DNA of 64,000 bases from Octopus sinensis (Eukaryota), in contig NC_043000.1 of NCBI RefSeq assembly GCF_006345805.1, positions 17,918,001-17,982,000 of the forward strand. The letters run 5' to 3'. Position 1 is the first letter of the stretch. Every line of letters begins with the position of its first letter. The notes under the pieces were generated by a model, which worked only from the letters and a program-made list of their open reading frames with translations, was not told where the DNA came from and searched no databases. A program made the position numbers and the translations under genes. Below, piece by piece: positions 1 to 11,766 of this stretch.

Positions 1-132
1 AGGAACCTTAATCCTAACTTTCTAATTTTCCCTTTCTATCAATGTTCACAGAACACCTCGGTACAGCAAAGAATGAATAAAGAGGCAACTTTCATCAATA
101 AATATCATCCACAATTGAACATGAACACATAA
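1..132 (+). mobile_element. Penelope-like element, C-terminal end of GIY-YIG endonuclease ORF (fragment)
   Basis: Frame 1 reads RNLNPNFLIFPFYQCSQNTSVQQRMNKEATFINKYHPQLNMNT*, resembling the F.I.PFY...KE..FI.K..P.LN terminus of PLE ORFs; truncated by the window edge. Confidence 0.55.
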
Positions 133-523
133 CATAATACAGAACGCTACTAACCTCACCAATAATACCACTAATTCCCATACATTCCATACACCATTCA
201 AATTACAGTATTATATCTACCCTAATTGCACCACTTCAGAACTACTTATCTCCCTTGCATATAACCTTTTTGCTCAGGGACCAGTAGACCCGACACTGTT
301 TGGAAATCGGTGCTGTTTCAAAGCCAATGAACAGCTTTTGACAATACCAGTATGACTTTGATTCTCTTTAACAATTCAAATTAATGACTTTTATTCCTCT
401 TAACTCTACCTCAGTTCATCTATACCGTTACTTTTCATGAAAAAGGCTTTATTTTTTTTTTATATCCAATGCGCATTTTCGCTTTTTTTTCTTACTTTCC
501 CCATATATATATATGTGTGTGTG

Positions 524-826
524 TGGAGGCGCAATGGCCTAGTGTTTAGGGCAGCGGACTCGCAGTCGCAGGATCGCGGTTTCGATTCCCAGACTGGGCG
601 TTGTGAGTGTTTATTGAGCGAAAGCACCTAAAAAGCTCCACGAGGCTCCGGCAGGGGGTGGTGATCCCTGCTGTACTCTTTCACCACTCTTTCTCCCACT
701 CTTTCTTCTGTTGGCCTGCTCGCTTAGCCAGCGGGGTGGCGTCATTCGAAGGCTAAAACAATGCGAACGCATTGTGACCAGCGATGTGTAACAACATCTG
801 ATGGTCTGGTCGGTCACGTGATCACA

Positions 827-829
<3 letters not shown>
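524..829 (+). mobile_element. tRNA-derived SINE family C (tRNA-Arg-like head), tail type X
   Basis: Head GGAGGCGCAATGGCCTAGTG..GGTTTCGATTCCCAG with A/B-box-like motifs; same head at 9950-10124, 13855-14188, 18102 and 63907. Confidence 0.8.
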
Positions 830-870
<41 letters not shown>

Positions 871-1269
871 AAACACATATATGTATATTATCATTTAACG
901 TCCATCTTCCATGCTGGCATGAGTTGGATGGTTTGATTGGTCACTGGTAAGCCAGGTTGCTGCGCCAGGTTCCAATCTGATTTAGCAACGTTTCTACTGC
1001 TAGATGCTCTTCCTAGGGCCAACCATTTCTGAGAGTGTAGTAGGTGTTTTTTATGTCCCAATATATATATATTCTTTTATTCTTTTACTTGCTTCAGTCA
1101 TTTGATTATGGCCATGCTAGAGCACCACCTTTAGTCAAACAAATCAACCCCAGAACTTATTCTTTGCCAGCCTAACTTATTCTATTGGTCTCTTTTGCTG
1201 AACCACTAAGTTACAGGGACGTAAACACCTCAACATCATTTGTCAAGCGATAGTGGGGGAACAAATACA

Positions 1270-1318
<49 letters not shown>

Positions 1319-2116
1319 GATGGGCTTCTTTCAGTTTCTATCTACCAAATCCACTCACAAAGCTTTGGTTGGCCCAAGGTGCCACACAGTGGGACTGAAC
1401 CCAGAACCATGTGGTTGGGAAGCAAGCTTCTTACCATATATATATATATATATAGTCAATTCAAATAAATGAATAATAGAATTAACAATGACAGACAAGA
1501 AAATGTGCACAAAGGAAGTATTAGTTTGACACTCAGTAAAAGGAGAGAGTTTTTGATATTTCAAGCATAGCTCTCCATTAGAAAGGAGAAAGGGAAAAAC
1601 CCAAAGAAGGAAAAGAAATTGTGTAGTTACATGCATATTTGTCTGTATGTTACTGTCTCCTTGCCTTGAGATTGTATGACACTTGTGAGTGTCAACCTTC
1701 ATGCATGATAAGGTGTCCTTTATTTTCAATCTTCCTTGAAAACATGCCTGGTCATGAGCAAATATTACCTTACTTAGAAATAGGTGAGGATTGGTGACAG
1801 GTGGGGCAGACATCCAGCTGTAGAAAATCTGCTTTAACAAATTCCTTTCGACCTATGCAAGCATGGATAGGTGGTTGTTAAAACGATGATGATGATGATG
1901 ATGTGTACGTGCAATGTGTTTGACCCACCCACTGCTTGACAGCCAGTATTGATTTGTCACCCACAATTGAACCTATGATAAATGATCGCCCAATTGTAAC
2001 CCTTTAGCGTTCAAATTACTCTGTCAAATGCAATGGTTATTTATTCACATTGTTTTGAATCAGTCATGTATTACCTTGTAGCTTTTAGATTTCAATGATG
2101 GTATTGCTAATTTTTA

Positions 2117-2682
2117 TTGGGTTGTCCTGAAAGTTCATGCTGATTTTTAAAGGAAAGAAAAAGCTCAATAAATACTTGCCATTACATTTTTAATCAACCA
2201 AATATGAACCATTTTGTTGCACAATGTGTCTCCATCTTTCCTTTAACTTGAAAATACCCTCTTCCCAGAATTGAGGTGGTTTCATGGCAAAGAATTCATC
2301 AAGGTATCTTTTTACGTCATCCAAGGAATTGAAATTTTTACAATTAAGACTATTCTGCAGAGACCTGAATAAGTGGAAATCCGAAGGAGCAATATCTGGT
2401 GAATATGGGGCGTGGGGTAACATATCCCAGCTGAGCTGCAGCAATTTTTGTCTGGTTCCCAAAGCATCAAGTGCAGAAAATGAACTTTCTTATCTTCCAT
2501 TTTAAAGGGTTACAGAATTAACACAGGTTATAGGAACATAAACCTTCTTCCCTGAAAAGATAGCTTAAACTGTGCTCTAAATGGAGGTGTAGTCAAATCC
2601 TAGTTTATGGACTCAACCATGTTCTAAAATAAGTTGAAAGGTAAGCTACTATAATTCGGCATGAACTTTCCGGACAACCCAA
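2117..2682 (-). mobile_element. Mariner (Tc1/mariner) internally deleted element with transposase C-terminus
   Basis: TIRs TTGGGTTGTCC(T/G)GAAAGTTCATGC at both ends, TA on both flanks; minus ORF 2190-2462 has HAPYSPDIAPSDFHLFRSL and KLKERWRHIVQQNGSY. Confidence 0.92.
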
Positions 2683-3267
2683 TACGATGACATTGTTGTG
2701 TAGGTGTGAGAGGCCAAATCTGGACAACTTGAACATAAAACCGGGAGAAAATTTGGGGCCAGATATGGCTGGTTTAAATGCTAAAAGATTAAACATCCTT
2801 TTCTTTTTCCTTTCTGATATGATATATTTAGGGCTACATTATCTAATTTGTCTTTCACTTTTTTAAAAACAGTATGGTTGTGATTTGAAAGATGTTTGGC
2901 TGCTATTTCTAGTAGGTCAATTGAATGTGTAGACACTCCCTCACTGGCTTGTCTGTCTTTGCTGAAATATTCAGTATGACTGACAGTATGGTTTATTGAA
3001 TCATAAATTCTAAAATAGTGTAGCATTTACCAACACAAACCTTTTTTTATGAGCTAATGAAGCCGTCTCTATGCTGTCATTCAACCTATTAAATTGTTGC
3101 CAAATCACATTCTGCTGTTTTCAAAAAACGAAAGGACATGTTGAATAATGTAGTAGTAGTACATCTGGAGAACAATACCATGATGCTCATGAGTGAACAT
3201 AATTTTTTCATGGGACTGCTTAATTATGGGTGATTTGGGTATAAGCTACTACACTCTTACAACCCAT

Positions 3268-3497
3268 TTCTGTACTACCCACAAGGGGCTAAACACAGAG
3301 GAGACAAACACGAACAGACAAATGGATTAAGCCGATTATATCGACCCCAGTGCGTAACTGGTACTTATTTCATCGACCCCGAAAGGATGAAAGGCAAAGT
3401 CAACCTCGGCGGAATTTGAACCCAGAACGTAGCGGCAGACTAAATACCGCAAAGCATTTCGCCAGGCGTGCTAACGTTTCTGCCAGCTCGCCGCCTT
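3268..3497 (-). mobile_element. tRNA-derived SINE family B, monomer
   Basis: Reverse complement of GGCGGCGAGCTGGCAGAAACG..GAGTTCAAATTCC..CCTTTCATCCTTTCGGGGTCGAT..CCCCTTGTGGGTAGT; many copies in window. Confidence 0.85.
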
Positions 3498-3569
3498 ACA
3501 ACCATGAACCCATGGAGCAATCTTTATTTAGTAGTTCAACCTGCTAGAAATAGTAGTCAGATTTACCTT

Positions 3570-3975
3570 CCAGTTTGGAAGCCCCAATCTCGTTCAGGAT
3601 ATTGATCTGTTGGAAGCTGTCCAGGGATGTGCAGCCTGACAAATACCCTCTGTCAGTCACCATATGTTGAATGTATTGCTTCTCTGAACATTGACACACT
3701 AACTTTTCAACTTCTAACGGCTGACTTGGTAGAATCCCACAAGATTATCCACCCTCTTTACAACGACACTGGCCACCTTTTCAAATTCAATACCACTGCC
3801 ATTTGTGAATATGCTTATAAGATCAAAAACATAGTACAACACCCACAACTTTCAGAAATATATTTTCACGCTCAGAATTATTGAGACATGGATAAACTAC
3901 CTGAGTCTGTCGTTAACTGTCAGGACACTGCCTTCTTCAAAATTTCCAGTCTTCCCAAGATTAGTCGACACTACT
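3570..3975 (+). mobile_element. Degraded CR1-type LINE, 3' end of ORF2
   Basis: Fragments VQDIDLLEAVQ, ADLVESHKII, GHLFKF, DKLPESVVNCQDTAFFK match the CR1 ORF2 C-terminus; frameshifted. Confidence 0.7.
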
Positions 3976-4020
3976 CTCAACATGCCTACACGCTCTTATT
4001 TTGTATGACTTTTTTAATAC

Positions 4021-4418
4021 TCTTTTACTCTTTTACTTGTTTCAGTCATTTGACTGTGGCCATGCTGGAGCACCGCCTTTAGTCAAGCAAATCGACCCCG
4101 GGACTTATTCTTTGTAAGCCCAGTACTTATTCTGTCGGTCTCTTTTGCCGAACCGCTAAGTGATGGGGACATAAACACACCAGCATCGGTTGTCAAGCAA
4201 TGCTAGGGAGACAAACACAGACACACAAACACACAGACACACACACATATATATACATATATACGACAGGCTTCTTTCAGTTTCCGTCTACCAAATCCAC
4301 TCACAAGGCATTGGTCGACCCGGGGCTATAGCAGAAGACACTTGCCCAAGATGCCACGCAGTGGGACTGAACCCAGAACCATCTGGTTGGTTAGCAAGCT
4401 ACTTACCACACAGCCACG
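4021..4418 (-). mobile_element. tRNA-derived SINE family A (CORE-like segment, internal CA/TA microsatellite)
   Basis: Minus strand begins GTGGCTGTGTGGTAAG..GGTTCAGTCCC then CTTGGGCAAGTGTCTTCT (CORE-like), ends GAAACAAGTAAAAGAGTAAAAGAG; about 17 copies or partial copies in window. Confidence 0.88.
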
Positions 4419-4664
4419 TTTGCTTTTCTCTATTTTTGTGTTTTATTCTATGTATTGTGCATACACTTCGGGCTTTCATTGCTGTCTTTCTTTATTTGAC
4501 TTAATATCTCTGCTCTTCGTCCCTTCTTTTTACATTCTCTGATGAGTTGTTGTACACCTGAACACTATACAATAAACTCATTATTACCCTCTTAAAAAAT
4601 TGAGAAGATTCATCAGATAGTGTAGCCCCAGCTATACTATGTATATAATATACCTTTTGAATTA

Positions 4665-4696
<32 letters not shown>

Positions 4697-4697
<1 letters not shown>

Positions 4698-4925
4698 ACG
4701 GGAAGCTTTATGAAAATAAACAAAAGACGAAGGCAGGTGGAATACAAACAAACAATTGTATTAGTATGGCGCTCAGGAATATAAATAAAACAAGTCTCTT
4801 ACGTTTCGAGCCTACGCTCTTCAACAGAAATATACACAGAAAAGAAACACGGAGAGGAACAAGGAGAGAAAAAAAATGCGTGCAGAAGCTAGCGAATCAA
4901 CATGGCGATCTGATTACAGCCAGAA
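4697..4925 (-). mobile_element. Penelope-like pseudo-LTR fragment with hammerhead-like core
   Basis: Minus strand CTGTTGAAGAGCGTAGGCTCGAAACGTA at 4827-4800, bounded by TA microsatellites. Confidence 0.45.
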
Positions 4926-4929
4926 GTCA

Positions 4930-4992
<63 letters not shown>

Positions 4993-5223
4993 GACATATA
5001 TGCAGATAGTGTAGATAAGTAGACAGAGACATATATATAGACAGGTGTAGATAAGTAGATAAATAGATAGATATAGATAAGTAGGGAGAGAGATAGAGAT
5101 ACAACATATCATACTATGTATTATATTTTTTTATAATACCAACATATGAATCTGGGTACTGGACTCTTAAAAATAAGTAAAAAAATTGACAAAAAATTAT
5201 TGAGTATTTGATGCTATAGGAGA

Positions 5224-5799
5224 ATATTCTTTTCTACTCTAGGCACAAGGTCCGAAATTTTGGGGGAGGTGGCCAGTCGATTAGATTGACTCCAGTATGC
5301 AACTGGTACTTAATTTATCGACCCCGAAAGCACAAAAGGCAAAGTCAACCTTGAACTCAGACCGTAAAGACAGACGAAATACCTATTTCTTTACTACCCA
5401 CATGGGGCTAAACACAGAGAGGACAAACAAGGACAGACAGACGGATTAAGTTAATTATATCGACCCCAGTGCATAACTGGTACTTAATTTATCAACCCCA
5501 AAAGGATGAAAGGCAAAGTTGACCTTGGTAGAATTTGAACTCAGAACGTAGTGGCAGACAAAATACCTATTTTTTTACTACCCACAAGGGGCTAAACACA
5601 GAGAGGACAAACAAGGACAGACAAACGGATTAAGTTGATTATGTTGACCCCAGTGTGTAACTGGTACTTATTTAATTGACCCTGAAAGGATGAAAGGCAA
5701 AGTCGACCTCGGCAGAATTTGAACTCAGAATGTAGCGGCAGACGAAATACTGCTAAGCATTTCGCCTGGTGTGCTAACGTTTCTGCCAGCACACTGCCT
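5224..5799 (-). mobile_element. SINE family B head-to-tail trimer
   Basis: One full unit (5568-5799) plus two 5'-truncated units; junction GAAATACCTATTT on + strand at about 5380 and 5565. Confidence 0.85.
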
Positions 5800-5819
5800 T
5801 AGAAGAATATTAATAATTA

Positions 5820-6095
5820 GCTGGTCAAAGAAAGGACTAATCATTATGAGTTAGATGAAATTGGAATTGAATGGAGCCTTGTGAAAGAATTGGACCAGCA
5901 AAAAGCGAGGCACTTTGGGTATGTAACAAGTGCAGATGGTCAACAAAAATTGTTGATTGCTGGAAAAACGCTTGGAAAAAGGCCAAGGGGAAGAGCTACA
6001 AAAAACTGGATTTCTAACATCGTAGAGGTAACCGGATTGAAGATGCAATAATTAATAAGCTAAGACAGGAATGAATAGAGAGAAGTTGCTAGGTA
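5820..6095 (+). mobile_element. Degraded RTE-clade LINE 3' ORF2 fragment
   Basis: HFGYVTSADGQQKLLIAGKTLGKRPRGRATKNWISNI resembles the RTE C-terminal G.R.RGRP..W motif. Confidence 0.6.
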
Positions 6096-6131
6096 GCTTG
6101 TTAGGTGACATAATATGCATGTGTGTGTGTC

Positions 6132-6530
6132 TTTCTTTTACTCTTTTACTTGTTTCGGTCATTTGACTGCGGCCATGCTGGAGCACCACCTTTAATCGAG
6201 CAACTCGACCCCGGGACTTATTCTTTGTAAGCCCAATACTTATCCTATTGGTCTCTTTTGCCAAACCGCTAAGTGACGGGGACATAAACACACCCGCATC
6301 GGTTGTCAAGCAATGCTAGAGGGACAAACACAGACACACAAACATACACGCACATACATATATATACATATATACGACGGGCTTCTTTCAGTTTCCGTCT
6401 ACCAAATCCACTCACAAGGCTTTGGTCGGCCCAAGGCTATAGTAGAAGACACTTGCCCAAGGAGCCACGCAGTGGGACTGAACCCAGAACCATGTGGTTG
6501 GTAAACAAGCTACTTACCACACATCCACTC
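6132..6530 (-). mobile_element. SINE family A
   Basis: Full-length copy homologous to 4021-4418. Confidence 0.88.
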
Positions 6531-6848
6531 CTGATTCTCTAACAAGAGTTTGTATTGACTGTGATTTTGATGTTTTAGCTAGCTAAGCATCATCATACAG
6601 TCCGATGATGACTCAGCTGTCCAAAACTGTCAATACTATATTTGTTAAAGAACAATAAATTTGTACTCTATCGAATGTATTGAGTAATCCTTCAATTTAA
6701 TGTAAAATTGTTTTTTATTATAACATGAAAACAAACATTAATGTGTGTATGTGCGTGTGCGCGTGCACATGCGTGTTTATACATGAATAATATCAACAAT
6801 TCAAAGGATGCTATTAAAAAAAAAGTGAGATCTTTAACCAATCATCTA

Positions 6849-7073
6849 TTGGGTTGTCCGGAAAGTGCATGCCGATTTTTAAAGGAAAGAAAAGGGTCAA
6901 TAAATACTTGCCATTACATTTTTAATCAACCAAATATGAACCATTTTGTTGCACAATGCGTCTCCATCTTTCCTTTAACTTGAAAATACCCTATTCCCAG
7001 AATTGAGGTGCCTGGGAGGGTAAGTCGAAAGGTAAGCAACTATAAATCGGCACAAACTTTCCAGTCAACCCAA
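6849..7073. mobile_element. Mariner MITE (shorter deletion derivative of the 2117-2682 family)
   Basis: Same TIRs, TA flanks, first ~160 bp near-identical to 2117-2278, then jumps to the other end. Confidence 0.88.
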
Positions 7074-7291
7074 TAGTTGTCTCTAATTGTTTCTGGACAG
7101 AAGACCTTGTTTCTGAACAATAGAGTGTAGTGTTGATGTAGTGAACCCAAATATATTGCTGGTACTTACATAGACCCCCTGCCATACACACACATACATG
7201 CACACAGACACACAATTTTTCAGATAAAACAATGTTGAACCTCAAATTATGCATATGAGGCTCCAGATAGAATGCATTTAAAGCAGTTTAC

Positions 7292-7698
7292 TCTCTCTTT
7301 TTACTCTTTTACTTGTTTCAGTCATTTGACTGCGGCCATGCTGGAGCACCGCCTTTAGTCGAGCAAATCGACCCCGGGACTTATTCTTTGTAAGCCCAGT
7401 ACTTATTCTATCGGTCTCTTTTGCCGAACCGCTAAGTGACGGGGACGTAAACACACCAGCATCGGTTGTCAAGCAATGCTAGAGGGACAAACACAGACAC
7501 ACAAACATATACATACACATACATACATATATATACGACAGGCTTCTTTCAGTTTCCGTCTACCAAATCCACTCACAAGGCATTGGTCGGCCCGGGGCTA
7601 TAGCAGAAGATACTTGCCCAAGATGCCACGCAGTGGGACTGAACCCAGAACCATGTGGTTGGGAGGCAAGCTACTTACCACACAGCCACTCCTGCGCC
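7292..7698 (-). mobile_element. SINE family A
   Basis: Full-length copy. Confidence 0.88.
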
Positions 7699-7871
7699 TA
7701 TTTGTTTACCTTCTGCTCCAACCACACTCTCCTACATTAGAGTCTTAGAATGTTATTGACCTTTCTTAACCCTCTCCCGTATTGTTTTGTTCTTTCCTTT
7801 GTCCTCTTTTCCTTTCTTTCTTTCTTTCTTTGATCTCAACATTTACATTGACCTATATTTGTTCTCCATAG

Positions 7872-7913
7872 ATATGCTGATGGTGTTGACCTCAACTGTG
7901 GCTGTCCTCAAAG
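7872..7913 (+). CDS. DUS4L: tRNA-dihydrouridine(20a/20b) synthase DUS4-like, internal coding exon (first exon seen)
   Basis: ccatag|A TAT GCT GAT GGT GTT GAC CTC AAC TGT GGC TGT CCT CAA AG|gtaaat = YADGVDLNCGCPQ, the DUS N-C-G-C-P catalytic-Cys motif; 42 nt, phase 2/2. Confidence 0.93.
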
Positions 7914-8034
7914 GTAAATGATCTTTTTCCTGTTACATACCATTCCATCTAGTTTGCATATTATTGCCATCCTGTCAAGACAGAGAAATATGTTGTATTA
8001 CTGTCTTAGAATAGAAGAAATACGTACATACATA

Positions 8035-8366
8035 CATCATCATCATCATCATTATTTAGCATCCGCTTTCCATGCTAGCATGGGTTGGACGGTTCAACTG
8101 GGGTCTGTGAAGCCGGAAGGCTTCATCAGGCCTAGTCAGATCTGGCAGTGTTTCTACGGCTGGATGCCCTTCTTAATGCTAACCATTCCATGAGTGTAGT
8201 GGGTGCTTTTTACGTGCCACCCGCACAGGTGCCAGACAGAGCTGGCAAACGGCCACGAACGGATGGTGCTTTTACGTGCCACCGGCACGGGGCTCAGGCG
8301 AGGCTGGCAACGGACACGAACAGATGGTGCTTGTCTGTTGCCAGCCTCGCCTGGCCCCCGTGCCAG
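8035..8366 (-). mobile_element. 5'-truncated RTE LINE 3' UTR with (GAT)n tail and internal minisatellite
   Basis: (CAT)n then TTTAGCATCCGCTTTCCATGC..GGATGCCCTT..; same family is joined to RTE ORF2 coding sequence at 28312-28945 and 61130-61632. Confidence 0.75.
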
Positions 8367-8384
8367 TTATATTATATATATATA

Positions 8385-8679
8385 CAATGGCAGACTGGGG
8401 TCTAAAAATAAACATTGGTTGCCAGGAGACTAAAGAGGTCCATCCACAACTACAATGCACTCACTTAATTTTTTTTTTTTTTTAAGTATTCTTTTCAACT
8501 GTCTACAAACACAGCCAGACTGAAATAATTAAGGCATTTTCCTAGAAGGGAATAAAAAATTCTCAAACTTGAGGGGGTGGGCCCCTTAGTTACTAACATG
8601 GGCCCCCATATATGGATTCTAATGGCGCAGGGGCCCACTTGCCATCGGCCAAGCTGGCAACCTGACCAGTCAGCCAGTG
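8385..8679. mobile_element. hAT-like MITE
   Basis: Imperfect 14-bp TIR CAATGGCAGACTGG / CCAGTCAGCCAGTG, flanked by TATATATA on both sides (possible 8-bp TSD). Confidence 0.6.
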
Positions 8680-8697
8680 TATATATATATATATTAT

Positions 8698-9080
8698 AAG
8701 TGGCTGTGTGGTAAAAAGTTTGCTTCCCAACCACATGGTTCTATGTTCAGTTCCACTGCATGGCACCTTGGGCAAGTGTCTTCTACTATAGCTCTAGGCT
8801 GGCCAAAGCCTTGTAAGTGGATTTGGTAAATGGAAACTGAAAGAAGCCTGTTGTATGTATGTGTGTCTGTGTTTGCTCCCCACCACTTTTTGACTAATAG
8901 TGTTGATGTGTTTGTGTCCCTATGAATTAGCAGTTCAGCAAAAGAGACTGATAGAACAAGTTCTATACTTTAAAAAAAAATAATTACTGGAGTCCAATCA
9001 TTTAAGTAAAAATTCTTCAAAGTGATGCTCCAGCATGGCCACAATCTAATAATTGAAACAAGTAAATGATAACGAATAAA
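8698..9080 (+). mobile_element. SINE family A, diverged, opposite orientation to 7292-7698
   Basis: GTGGCTGTGTGGTAAAAAG..CACCTTGGGCAAGTGTCTTC..CTCCAGCATGGCCAC. Confidence 0.8.
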
Positions 9081-9089
9081 AGATATATA

Positions 9090-9376
9090 TTATGGCCGTT
9101 CGCCAGCTTCGTCTGGCACCTGTGTCGGTGGCACATAAAAACACCATCCGAGCGTGGCCGTTCGCCAGCCTCGTCTGGCACCTGTGTCAGTGGCACATAA
9201 AATCACCCACTACACTCTTGGAGTGGTTGGCGTTAGGAAGGGCATCCAGCTGTAGAAACACTGCCAGATCTGACTGGCCTGGTGCAGCCTTCGGGCTCCC
9301 CAGACCCCAGTTGAACCGTCCAACCCATGCTAGCATGGAAAGCGGACGTTAAATGATGATGATGATGATGATGATG
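9090..9376 (+). mobile_element. RTE LINE 3' UTR with (GAT)n tail
   Basis: GGTTGGCGTTAGGAAGGGCATCCAGC..GGACGTTAAATGATGATGATG; near-identical to 50628-50866. Confidence 0.75.
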
Positions 9377-9672
9377 AAGACATGTGGCCTCTGAGGTCAA
9401 GTTGTTGCACTTACAACCGTAAAATTGTGGTTTTGACACTCAGACCAGTGGTGCAAGGTGTTCTTGAGCAAAATATTTCCCTTCACATTGCCTCTGTCCA
9501 CACATCTGTAAATGGGTGATCCTGTGACAGACTGGCATCCCAGTCAGAGGGAATGTCTAACCAGCAGGGTGGTATCATTCAAAAGCTACAACAATACAAG
9601 GAATCACCACATTGTGATGAGTGGTGTGTAACATCTGATAGTCTGATTGATACAGTGATATAGATTATATAC

Positions 9673-9706
<34 letters not shown>

Positions 9707-9760
9707 TTCCCTCTCTCACTCTCTCTTTCTCTCTCTCTCTCCTCTCTCTCTCTGACTCTC

Positions 9761-9811
<51 letters not shown>
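9673..9811. repeat. (CT)n microsatellite
   Basis: About 140 bp imperfect CT/GA run. Confidence 0.95.
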
Positions 9812-9814
<3 letters not shown>

Positions 9815-9886
9815 ATACCCACAGGCTAAAGTCTGAAGATCCATGCTCTTTCATGTCTCCATGCTAAAGTCTGAAGATTCACAATG

Positions 9887-10124
9887 GTTTTTTTTTTTTT
9901 TTTTTTGTACTTGTTTCAGTCATTTGACTGCGGCCATGCTGGAGCACCGCCTTTAGAGTGGTGAAAGAGTACAGCAGGGATCACCACCTCCTGCCGGAGC
10001 CTCGTGGAACTTTTAGGTGTTTTTTTCGCTCAATAAACACACACAACGCCCGGTCTGGGAATCGAAACCGCGATCCTCCGACTGCAAGTCCGCTGCCCTA
10101 ACCACTAGGCCATTGCGCCTCCAC
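9887..10124 (-). mobile_element. Chimeric SINE: family C head + family A 3' tail + poly(A)
   Basis: Minus strand: family C head to ..CTTTCACCACTC, then TAAAGGCGGTGCTCCAGCATGGCCGCAGTC.. (family A tail), then an A-run. Confidence 0.7.
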
Positions 10125-10189
10125 TTCTTAGGAAAAATACTGCAGTGACTTTCAGTTACCTTCAGCCAGTTTATATACTATTTACTGTT

Positions 10190-10423
10190 AAGGCGGCGAG
10201 CTGGCAGAAACGTTAGCATGCCGGGCGAAATGTGTAGCCGTATTTCGTGTGCCGTTACGTTCCGTGTTCAAATTCCGCCAAAGTCGACTTTGTCTTTCAT
10301 CCTTTCGGGGTCGATAAATTAAGTACCAGTTACGCACTGGGGTCGATGTAATCGACTTAATCCGTTTGTCTGTCCTTGTTTGTCCCCTCTGTGTTTAGCC
10401 CCTTGTGGGTAGTAAAGAAATAT
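10190..10423 (+). mobile_element. SINE family B monomer
   Basis: Full-length CpG-rich copy ending AAAGAAATA. Confidence 0.88.
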
Positions 10424-11009
10424 ATATACTATTTACTGTTAGTCACCTGCCTTCCTAAGCTTACCGTTAAGGTATGAGGCCTACTTAATCATTCAGTAGG
10501 TGACTGCCTATGCAATGATGGGTTTGACACACACATTGTGGTCATCTTAGAATCTCACAGAAATTAGAAACTTCGGTTGTGTAGGCCAAGAGTTAATTTT
10601 CTTAGGTTGTTTATTGGTATATTGGTAACATTTATAGTATGGTGTGTTTGGCTCACATTATGCCTATGTTTTCCATTATTGATAAGGAAGCTTTCTACAC
10701 CTGGTTACATTATTCCCATGATGCCTTGCTGCCTACTACAAAATGCAGCCACACTAAAGTACTCTCGTTGAAGCCAAGAAAGTATTGAAATGTCAGTGGG
10801 ACTTAGCATAGATATAAGGAAATATGAAAAATCATTAATAAAGAAGGTTAAATAGTTGTTATAATACTGGGTGTCCATGAATTATTTTTATAACTTCCAC
10901 AGTTTATTGTTTCAAATTGTAACAGTAATTTATGGACACCCTGTATATCATGTTTCAAAGAAAAGATGTTTTCTATATATGTATATGTGTGTGTATTCCA
11001 CATATGTAC

Positions 11010-11040
<31 letters not shown>

Positions 11041-11081
11041 TATGTGTGTGTGTGTGTGTGTGTATATATACATATATATAT

Positions 11082-11450
11082 CATCATCATCATCATCATC
11101 ATTTAGCGTCCGCTTTCCATGCTGGCATGGGTTGGACGGTTCAACTGGGGTCTGGGAAGCCCGAAGACTGCACCAGGCCCAGTCTGATCTGGCAATGTTT
11201 CTACGGCTGGATGCCCTTCTTAACGCTAACCATTCCATGAGTGTAGTGGGTGCTTTTTACGTGCCACCGGTACAGGTGCCAGACGAGGCTGGCAAATGGC
11301 CACGATCGGATGGTGCTTTTTACGTGCCACTGGCATGGAGGCCAGTTGGGGTGGCGGTGGCAACAGCCACGTTCGGATGGTACTCTTATGTGCCACCGGC
11401 ACTGGTATCACAGCTACGATTTCCATTGATGTTGATCGATTTTGATCTTG
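11082..11450 (-). mobile_element. RTE LINE 3' UTR with (GAT)n tail
   Basis: Same family as 8035-8366; with flanking microsatellites it produces the spurious 203-aa ORF. Confidence 0.75.
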
Positions 11451-11766
11451 ATTTATATATATATATATATATACACATATAGATATGCACACACACACTT
11501 TCATATATGCATACATACATGCAGGCACATTCACATACACATACATTGAATCATGGCTTGATTAAATGAAAAATGTTTTAAAAGGTTAATGGTTTAATAA
11601 TTTAACAACAACGAAAATTACCTTTGTTTACATCTCTCCGACACTATTCTTTACATTTTAAAGTTATCTTCTGATGGCAATCATTGTTTCACACTGTATA
11701 TTTTAATTAACTAATCTTTGTGCTAAAACATTGAATCTAATCCTATTGACCTTTCTCACTTTGAAG

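Noticed and set aside
1-7860. Upstream DUS4L exons (APMVRYSK, PLIVQFAA motifs)
   Set aside because: Looked for and not found; probably 5' of the window.
10871-11482. 203-aa ORF and the many similar ORFs rich in YI, CV, HT or H runs (e.g. 19241-19865, 22601-23327, 27871-28080)
   Set aside because: Translations of microsatellites and the RTE 3' UTR; low complexity, no domain.
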